From IMG/VR virus record IMGVR_UViG_3300030202_000274, positions 2,594-66,593 of that record: a stretch of 64,000 nucleotides of DNA; one strand, written 5' to 3'. This stretch comes from a virus. Position numbers and translations under genes: made by a program. The notes under the pieces were generated by a model, which was given only the letters and a program-made list of their open reading frames with translations, did no database searches and was not told the DNA's origin. Shown here one piece after another: positions 57,666 through 64,000 of the stretch; position 1 is the first letter of the stretch, and each line of letters begins with the position of its first letter.

Positions 57666-57844
57666 TGGCAGAACAAAATGAAAGTATACAAGAAATTCAT
57701 TCAAGAAATAAACATCAAGCTTTACAAAAAAAAAGAATTGAAGTTATAACTCATCTTGCAGGATTACTTGGTGTAACCGAATTAAAATATATACAGACAG
57801 AATTACATAACATGATCGAAGACATTGAAAGGAAAAATAAATGA
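57665..57844 (+). CDS. Hypothetical protein (59 aa, not in ORF track)
   Basis: AGGAG RBS; coupled on both sides. Confidence 0.55.
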   Translation: MAEQNESIQEIHSRNKHQALQKKRIEVITHLAGLLGVTELKYIQTELHNMIEDIERKNK

Positions 57845-58464
57845 ACAAAGATTTTGATCGTAAAACAGGCATAGGTGGATCAGACGCTACTAGAATCTAC
57901 AATGGTGATTGGCACGATTTGTATTTAGAAAAAATCGGAGAGAAAGAATCAGACGATCTCTCAGATGTTTTACCAGTACAAATGGGAATACATACCGAAG
58001 ATTTTAACATTCGCTGGTTTGAAAAACAAACAGGTATTAAAGTTGTAGGTGAACAAGTCTTTATCAAATCTAAAAAATATCCATTTATGTATTGCAATAT
58101 AGATGGTGTCCTCAATGAAAAAAAAGCATTACTAGAATGTAAACATACTAACGCTTTTACAAATGAAATCAAAACAGCAGAAAAATACAAAGCACAGATA
58201 CAACATTATCTTATGATATATGGTGCAGATAAAATGTATTTGTCTATGTTTTTTGGTAATATGAAATGGGGACTAGCAGAAATACTTCCAGATAAAAAGT
58301 TTCAAAATCAATTAGAATCTGCTGAAATATTGTTTTGGCATTTAGTAGAAAGCAAAACACCACCACCAGATTTTGTTGACTTCAACAATTTTAACGAACA
58401 GATAAAGGAGCATAACAATGGTAGAGAAATCATACCCTTACTCACCAGGCAGTCAGAAAGTTGA
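57841..58464 (+). CDS. YqaJ/lambda-exonuclease family protein
   Basis: R..GIGGSDA...NIDG...LECK...QIQHY. Confidence 0.88.
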   Translation: MNKDFDRKTGIGGSDATRIYNGDWHDLYLEKIGEKESDDLSDVLPVQMGIHTEDFNIRWFEKQTGIKVVGEQVFIKSKKYPFMYCNIDGVLNEKKALLECKHTNAFTNEIKTAEKYKAQIQHYLMIYGADKMYLSMFFGNMKWGLAEILPDKKFQNQLESAEILFWHLVESKTPPPDFVDFNNFNEQIKEHNNGREIIPLLTRQSES

Positions 58465-58750
58465 TACTTCAATAGAAGCTGCCGAACTAATAAAAGAAGG
58501 CGCTGATACTATAAGAACTAAAGTATTTAATGTTATTGCAAACAAAGGTAACTTTGGAGCAACAGCAGATGAAGTAGCTGAATTGTTAGGGTTATCTTCA
58601 TTTACTGTAAGACCAAGAGTAACTGAACTATATAAACAAGATAAAATAGAAAGAAAAGATAAACGTAAAAATAATAGTAAGCGATCTGCATATGTTTATG
58701 TAGTAAGTAAAACTTATATTAATAATCAATACACAAAGAAAGGTATATAA
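58418..58750 (+). CDS. Winged-HTH protein
   Basis: TS..AA...GATADEVA..LG.....VRPRVTEL. Confidence 0.7.
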   Translation: MVEKSYPYSPGSQKVDTSIEAAELIKEGADTIRTKVFNVIANKGNFGATADEVAELLGLSSFTVRPRVTELYKQDKIERKDKRKNNSKRSAYVYVVSKTYINNQYTKKGI

Positions 58751-59307
58751 TGAGAACAGGAAAAGAAGAACATTTTTGGTTATGGGATCAAGTTAAAAAT
58801 ACTAATCCTAAATATACAAAACCATTTACTAAGTTTGGTGGTAAAGAACTAACTACTATAGATCCAATGTATCAGATACAAGTTATGACTGGTATGTTTG
58901 GTCCAGTAGGTTTAGGTTGGTCGTATCATGTTGACTACACATACACAGATAAAAATGTGTTTGCTGAAGTAACAGTTAGATACAGAAAAGAACCTAGCCT
59001 AGAATGGAATCAATTTGGCCCAGTATCTTCAGTACAAGCATTGTACAAAAAGAATGGTGGACTAGATGATGAAGCACCAAAGAAAGCAATGACAGATGCT
59101 ATGACAAAAGCATTTAGTCATCTTGGTATAAGTGCTGATGTGTTTCTTGGTTTATTTGACAACAACAAATATGTTCAAGAAATGAAAGCTAAGTTTGATG
59201 CTAAACCAACTAATATAACTGTAATCAATACAAAGGAGTTAAACAATGTTAAACAAAGTAATGTTGATAGGAAGACTGGGAGCAGACCCAGAAATAAAAC
59301 AAACTAA
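58750..59307 (+). CDS. Rad52/Sak-like ssDNA annealing protein
   Basis: FGPVGLGW...EAPKKAMTDAMTKA.S.LG..ADV. Confidence 0.75.
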   Translation: MRTGKEEHFWLWDQVKNTNPKYTKPFTKFGGKELTTIDPMYQIQVMTGMFGPVGLGWSYHVDYTYTDKNVFAEVTVRYRKEPSLEWNQFGPVSSVQALYKKNGGLDDEAPKKAMTDAMTKAFSHLGISADVFLGLFDNNKYVQEMKAKFDAKPTNITVINTKELNNVKQSNVDRKTGSRPRNKTN

Positions 59308-59653
59308 GAAAGGTGAGTCTTTTGCTAACCTGTCTTTAGCTACTAATAAAAAATACAAAACTAAAGATGGTGAATGGCAAGAAAAAACTACATGGCATAA
59401 AATTGTAGTATGGGATCCAAGACTTGCAGACAATATGCAAAAGTATGCAAAGAGTGGAACTCAATTGTTTGTTGAAGGTGAATTAGAAACTAGACAATTT
59501 AAAGATTCTAATGATCAAAACAGAATTGTAACTGAGGTTGTAATACCTCGATTTACAGGAAGCATTAAAATGGTTGGCGACAAACCATCTAATACTAAGA
59601 CAGCAGGGAATATCCCAGCATCTAGTAATGATGATTTTGATGACCAGTTTTAA
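59246..59653 (+). CDS. ssb: Single-stranded DNA-binding protein
   Basis: NKVMLIGRLGADPE...TTWH.IV...VEGELETR; acidic DDFDDQF tail. Confidence 0.93.
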   Translation: MLNKVMLIGRLGADPEIKQTKKGESFANLSLATNKKYKTKDGEWQEKTTWHKIVVWDPRLADNMQKYAKSGTQLFVEGELETRQFKDSNDQNRIVTEVVIPRFTGSIKMVGDKPSNTKTAGNIPASSNDDFDDQF

Positions 59654-59859
59654 TAGGTTAAGATAATCTACCTATATGGGCAAGTCCCAAGTAAATGTTT
59701 ATCAACTGTAGTATGTAACTACATCTGTTGTGAACTGTAGGCGTATGAATAAATTTTGGATTGAGTACGCCTACAGATATAAAATTTGTGACGACAAATA
59801 GGTAAGCTAGAACCTGTATGTAACTAGATACTAGTCCTCGTTACAGCTAAAGTCCTGCT

Positions 59860-59893
59860 AAGTAAGCATCTTTTTAGGTGCTTACTTTTTTTT
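59860..59893 (+). terminator. Rho-independent terminator
   Basis: AAGTAAGCATCT/AGGTGCTTACTT stem plus T-run. Confidence 0.75.
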
Positions 59894-59935
59894 ATGTGAG
59901 GTGTGAGCTTCCGAATTTCATAATAGTCTTAATGT

Positions 59936-60208
59936 ATGAACACAATAATATGCTTAAGAGATATATTTAAAAAACGTAAAGTATCTAATAAAGAAGTAGT
60001 AACTTTATTTGATAACATTGCTGATACTGTAACTATTGATTTACTTAAAGGTAATACTATAGATGCAGCACAAGTTGCTTTGGTATCTAATGTAATGCAG
60101 ATAGCATCTAACTATAATAACAAGAAATTTGCTATAGATCTATTGCAAGGAGCTTTAGCTGAGCTAGAATCAGATCATTTTATTGAAACAGGCAATAAAC
60201 TGTCATAG
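59936..60208 (+). CDS. Hypothetical protein
   Basis: 90-aa ORF after the terminator. Confidence 0.55.
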   Translation: MNTIICLRDIFKKRKVSNKEVVTLFDNIADTVTIDLLKGNTIDAAQVALVSNVMQIASNYNNKKFAIDLLQGALAELESDHFIETGNKLS

Positions 60209-60264
60209 AGCTACGTACAGAGCTTTTATATATATTGTACCCAATGATACCGAATTAGGTCTAT

Positions 60265-60486
60265 TTAGCTATCCTGTGGCTTCTCAGAGCCATTTAAATG
60301 GTCTAAATTGCTTACTCCATCAAAATAATCATGTATATATGGTACAGCTCTACAATCATGAGCTTTTCTCATAGATTTCTGTTTATTTTTAAATTCAACA
60401 GCTTTTTGTTCTGATTCAAATATTTGATTACTAAAAATTTTATACAAATTATTTTGTTTCCAAATAACACACCACATATTATTCAA
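60265..60486 (-). CDS. Hypothetical protein
   Basis: Last gene of the late operon. Confidence 0.5.
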   Translation of the reverse strand: MNNMWCVIWKQNNLYKIFSNQIFESEQKAVEFKNKQKSMRKAHDCRAVPYIHDYFDGVSNLDHLNGSEKPQDS

Positions 60487-60691
60487 TAATAAGTTTTTTA
60501 ATTGATTTACTTCCGTCTATATTTGACTCAAGCTCAGCCATTGATTTTATACATTGGTATTTAATAGAATCTTTTGCATTACGCATTGCAATTCTTTTAC
60601 CTTTTAAACAATCAGACATTGAGATTTGAATACGTGCTTCTTTAATCTCTCCGTTTATTATCATTAATAATGCTATTACTAACTCTGTCAT
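60479..60691 (-). CDS. Small exported Cys protein
   Basis: Paralogue of 25156..25374. Confidence 0.6.
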   Translation of the reverse strand: MTELVIALLMIINGEIKEARIQISMSDCLKGKRIAMRNAKDSIKYQCIKSMAELESNIDGSKSIKKLIIE

Positions 60692-61062
60692 TAATGACCT
60701 CCATTTGCTCTAACTTTATCTTTTAATTCTTCAATATCAGCTAACGCTTGATCTAATTGTTCTCTTAAAAATTCTATATTAACTTTGTTAGTCATGTTCA
60801 TTTCTTGAGTCTGTTCCATTTTCTCTACAGATTTATAAAGATCCTCAATTAAAAATATTTGCTCTTGGTCTACGGGGACTTGTTCAGATTTTTTAAGTAA
60901 ATCATTTTGAAATAATTCTCTTGATGTTTCCAGAGATACTAATCTAGAAGTTAGTTCTGTATATGCAAACACTCCTGCTGCAACTAAAATTATTAACGAA
61001 GCTACTGTTTTCATAGGCATTTGAACAGCTGCCGAATCTGAAATATTTAGTGGCTTAGACAT
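60691..61062 (-). CDS. TM plus coiled-coil protein (spanin-like)
   Basis: Paralogue of 25358..25720. Confidence 0.55.
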   Translation of the reverse strand: MSKPLNISDSAAVQMPMKTVASLIILVAAGVFAYTELTSRLVSLETSRELFQNDLLKKSEQVPVDQEQIFLIEDLYKSVEKMEQTQEMNMTNKVNIEFLREQLDQALADIEELKDKVRANGGH

Positions 61063-61439
61063 TATTTTTTTCTCATGATGTCAGCACCCTTGAGTCCATA
61101 AATCGCCGATACTACACCGATAAAAATTGCTTGATACCAATAAGGTAAATTTTTGAAATACTCAAAAAATAAATCTAATTTATTACGTATTTCTGGATCG
61201 TCAGAAAAAACAGACCAACCCAATAAAAGAATAGGCAAAGATACAAGGATAAGTACAAATTCGTCTTTCCAACCATTATCATTACTTTCAATAACTTTCG
61301 CTTTATATTCAAGTTCACCTTTACTCATTTGCTCTGCATGACGCATTTGTGCATCTGCCATAAGCATTTGTGTTTGTTTTTTTTTCTTGTATATATGCGA
61401 TCCTGCTTGGACTGCAAGTTTTATTCCACTAAGCCACAT
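61062..61439 (-). CDS. Putative holin
   Basis: Paralogue of 26065..26442. Confidence 0.7.
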   Translation of the reverse strand: MWLSGIKLAVQAGSHIYKKKKQTQMLMADAQMRHAEQMSKGELEYKAKVIESNDNGWKDEFVLILVSLPILLLGWSVFSDDPEIRNKLDLFFEYFKNLPYWYQAIFIGVVSAIYGLKGADIMRKK

Positions 61440-61440
61440 A

Positions 61441-61842
61441 TTAATATTTCCATACGTTAGGTCTTACTACATACTTTTGATCAACATCTACAGTTAACCA
61501 ATCAAGATGAGTAAAAGTTTTAGCTATACCAATACCTGTAGGTTTTGGATCCCAGTGCAAAGCAAAGTCTAATAACTGATATTGTTTTTGTGGTGATGTT
61601 GCTATGTCAACAGCAAACCCAGTAGTATGAGGGCCACTGTCACCAGTAGAACTTACTTTACTATTGTGTTCTGGACATCTATAAGCTGAAGTAATTGTAA
61701 CACCTTCTTGAATGTAATCACGCCATGCCTGGCAAAAGTCTAAAACTATTTCGGAAATTTTTAATTCTCCACAACATTTACATTTAAACTCGTTGCTGCT
61801 AAAATTATTATATTTAGCAAAATTTGTACCATCAGTTATCAT
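61441..61842 (-). CDS. Endolysin, peptidase M15 family
   Basis: NFSSNEFKCKCCG, TSAYRCPEHN, H..G.AVD, GIG...F.HLD; start set at MITDG after GGAG. Confidence 0.85.
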   Translation of the reverse strand: MITDGTNFAKYNNFSSNEFKCKCCGELKISEIVLDFCQAWRDYIQEGVTITSAYRCPEHNSKVSSTGDSGPHTTGFAVDIATSPQKQYQLLDFALHWDPKPTGIGIAKTFTHLDWLTVDVDQKYVVRPNVWKY

Positions 61843-62596
61843 ATTGTTTCTCCAGTCTATCCATAGATATAAATTGACTTTCTTGTATATGGTTATCCCA
61901 GATACCGAGTTCAACTATACCCCAAGACCATCCAGTTAAATTCATCTTAGCATAGTCTTCTACATGCCCATGTGGCAACGCACATCCAACATTAACTATT
62001 CTAACATAATTTTTGTCACCAATTTTAGGAGCTTTCCAATCTCTAAATTTATGAGTATGTCCAAATACAATATCATTAGTAGCATCATTAGCTACTTGGA
62101 CTTCACAGTTTTTACCACCATACTCTTTGCCCATTATATTTAAAGGACAATGAGTAAATGATACACCACCTATATTTTTAAAAGCTCCATATGGAGATCG
62201 TTTCCATTTACGATTATCAAAAGAATCATGCAGTTCTTTTTTCATCATACCTGCTATTTCTGGTATACCTTCTTCAAACTTATAAACTCTTTGTTCATGA
62301 TTACCAAAAGTAATATGTCGTGGTATTAAATCATTATCAATATGTTTATCTAATATATCTATTGAAGATCTTAAAGAATCTATATCTACCATAAAAGCAT
62401 CTTTAAGTTTACCAGCTTGTGTATGATTTTTTTGAAAATAACTTAAACTATCAAAAGATGCCCAGTCACCTATTTGAACAATATAATCTGGTTTAACAGA
62501 TTTAATATATTTACCTATCCATTTAAATCTATCTTGTTTTATATGTGGACAATCATGGGCATCCCCAATAACTATTATTCTATGACCTTTAAACAT
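61832..62596 (-). CDS. Calcineurin-like metallophosphoesterase
   Basis: DAH, GD..., GNHE, H, GHTH motifs. Confidence 0.85.
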   Translation of the reverse strand: MFKGHRIIVIGDAHDCPHIKQDRFKWIGKYIKSVKPDYIVQIGDWASFDSLSYFQKNHTQAGKLKDAFMVDIDSLRSSIDILDKHIDNDLIPRHITFGNHEQRVYKFEEGIPEIAGMMKKELHDSFDNRKWKRSPYGAFKNIGGVSFTHCPLNIMGKEYGGKNCEVQVANDATNDIVFGHTHKFRDWKAPKIGDKNYVRIVNVGCALPHGHVEDYAKMNLTGWSWGIVELGIWDNHIQESQFISMDRLEKQYDN

Positions 62597-62801
62597 TTTG
62601 TATTTCCTTACACAAAAATTTAGTTGCTAATCTAAATTCATTAACATCTTCATCTTTCTGTTGTGCAAGAAAATTAATACTATAATCAAGTGCTTCAACA
62701 ACGCACTCATTCCATGAGTTATATATTATATTACTTTGTACTGGTGGACTACATTGATTACTAGTAAAGGTACAAACCCATACTATTAATACAAATTTCA
62801 T
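62589..62801 (-). CDS. Small Cys-containing protein
   Basis: Paralogue of 27442..27657. Confidence 0.6.
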   Translation of the reverse strand: MKFVLIVWVCTFTSNQCSPPVQSNIIYNSWNECVVEALDYSINFLAQQKDEDVNEFRLATKFLCKEIQNV

Positions 62802-63037
62802 TTAAAATTAAAATAACCAATAATACCTGCAGCAAGACTACCAAGAACAACAAGTACTTTAACTATTCCTTTTCCAGTAGAAACATTATCACTTAATTGT
62901 TCTACTTTTTTTTCAAGTCTTTCAATAGATTTTAAAATATTATTCATTCTTTCAGCACAAAGTTTTTCATGTGATGAAAGTCTAACTCCAGTAGTTACTT
63001 CGCTATATTCTCTTGGAGTTATTTTTTTTCTAGCCAT
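62798..63037 (-). CDS. Coiled-coil plus C-terminal TM protein
   Basis: HEKLCAERM; paralogue of 27210..27449. Confidence 0.6.
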   Translation of the reverse strand: MARKKITPREYSEVTTGVRLSSHEKLCAERMNNILKSIERLEKKVEQLSDNVSTGKGIVKVLVVLGSLAAGIIGYFNFK

Positions 63038-63285
63038 TATGCTTTAGGTATATCTGATTTAACTTTAGCAATAGCATCTTCCCAGTTAGTAGTACCATTA
63101 ACCTTATCCCAGTATTGCATATCTAACTGTTCTTGTATTGATGGATAAGCAGTTGCTCTTTCTCTTTGATATTGGTTAGCATCATACTCTGCTTTTTCTT
63201 CTAATCCTTGTGCTTCTTCTGATTGTCTTACAGCAATTTCTTCTGCTGTCATATCTACAAGTATTCCATTTTTTAATTTTTTCAT
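63037..63285 (-). CDS. Fibre-associated chaperone
   Basis: C-terminal two thirds nearly identical to 27657..27911. Confidence 0.65.
   Translation of the reverse strand: MKKLKNGILVDMTAEEIAVRQSEEAQGLEEKAEYDANQYQRERATAYPSIQEQLDMQYWDKVNGTTNWEDAIAKVKSDIPKA
63042..63205. repeat. Direct repeat R1, copy 2
   Basis: Matches 27662..27825. Confidence 0.95.
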
Positions 63286-63287
63286 AA

Positions 63288-63866
63288 TTATCCTTTTATT
63301 CCGTAATGATAGTAAGATGAGTAAGTTATATTACCTGTTCCAAAATAAAATTGAACAGCATCAGCAGTTACATCACTTGAATTATATAAATGTCCAACTC
63401 CTAATAATGTTCTATACAATGTGTTATCATCATATCTGTAACCAGATATATGTACTGTATTTCCATGATGACCATTTGAAGTAGATTGTCTTGGATATAT
63501 TAAAACATTTAGACTAATTCCTTCATTTACAGTTCCACTACCAGCACCACCACCACACTCTATATAAGAAAAATCTCTACTTGCATGACCTGTGTCAATA
63601 CCAGAAGTACCATCGGTAAAATAATTTCCAACAGCAAAAGAATAATCTCCAGAACCACTTTTAAAACTAGAGCCACCATCTGTGCTTAATCTAACTCTTA
63701 AACCTTGTCCATCTGTAGCTGGTGCTATGCTTTCTAAATAAATTTGATGAATTTTATAACTTGTAGATAAATCTAATTCTAAGGTTGCTACATCTGTAGT
63801 AGTACTTGCACTATTTAATAAAACTTTACTTTTACCAGAGTTTGCTCCTAATGTAATTAATGCCAT
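63288..63866 (-). CDS. Fibre tip / receptor-binding module
   Basis: MALIT start, LSTDGGSSF; divergent homologue of 27914..28474. Confidence 0.6.
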   Translation of the reverse strand: MALITLGANSGKSKVLLNSASTTTDVATLELDLSTSYKIHQIYLESIAPATDGQGLRVRLSTDGGSSFKSGSGDYSFAVGNYFTDGTSGIDTGHASRDFSYIECGGGAGSGTVNEGISLNVLIYPRQSTSNGHHGNTVHISGYRYDDNTLYRTLLGVGHLYNSSDVTADAVQFYFGTGNITYSSYYHYGIKG

Positions 63867-63988
63867 ATTGTTATACTCCTATTAACGCTTGGATTTCGTC
63901 ATCATCTAATCCCAAGTCTTTTAGTTTTTGTTTGCCAGATGCTTTCTTAGTTTCTTTGTTTGCTTCAGCGTCTTTTAATTCTTGTTCA
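63853..63988. repeat. Direct repeat R2 (a+b contiguous), copy 2
   Basis: Equals 28461..28497 plus 28564..28665 without the 69-bp insert. Confidence 0.95.
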
Positions 63989-64000
63989 TAAGCGTTTGCT
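63871..64000 (-). CDS. Fibre-associated chaperone, 3-prime part (truncated)
   Basis: ...EQELKDAEANKETKKASGKQKLKDLGLDDDEIQALIGV identical to the end of 28548..28808. Confidence 0.7.
   Translation of the reverse strand, partial: ANAYEQELKDAEANKETKKASGKQKLKDLGLDDDEIQALIGV

Larger units (their letters stand above)
28564..63886. mobile_element. Phage B, apparently complete ~35.3 kb podovirus genome unit between direct repeats
   Basis: One full second set of fibre, virion, head, packaging, early and lysis genes lies between the 102-bp repeats starting at 28564 and 63887. Confidence 0.75.

Noticed and set aside
28564-63988. attL/attR of an integrase-mediated prophage
   Set aside because: No integrase or recombinase of that type recognised, no host genes or tRNA, and the repeats lie inside chaperone coding sequence
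1-64000. Simple concatemer or tandem duplication of one genome
   Set aside because: The two gene sets are highly divergent; near-identical DNA was seen only in short fibre-region repeats

Overview
AT-rich, gene-dense DNA made entirely of marine podovirus genes, resembling HTVC010P-type pelagiphages (host and family assignments come from remembered motifs, not database searches). The window holds two non-identical phage gene sets head to tail. Phage A (1 to ~27.7 kb, cut at the left edge) has internal virion proteins, tail tube A/B, capsid, scaffold, portal, TerL, an early operon, TerS, replication/recombination genes and a lysis module. Phage B is an apparently complete ~35.3 kb unit (~28.5-63.9 kb) with an array of fibre/chaperone pairs, its own divergent virion proteins, capsid, portal, TerL and TerS, early genes and a second lysis module. 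B is bracketed by short direct repeats in fibre-chaperone genes (102 bp identical, 164 bp with 3 mismatches, 37 bp identical). This points to either a real A::B cointegrate formed through shared cassette-boundary sequences, or an assembly chimera; the sequence alone cannot decide. Other notable signals are a ~360-nt highly base-paired element with ssDNA-type hairpin signatures (52063-52410), a strand-biased MTDCCGAA motif built from rare codons in B's early region, several candidate structured RNAs (one with an anti-RBS loop), and clusters of tiny Lys/Arg-rich late proteins. I recognised no integrase, DNA or RNA polymerase, tRNA, CRISPR array or reverse transcriptase.
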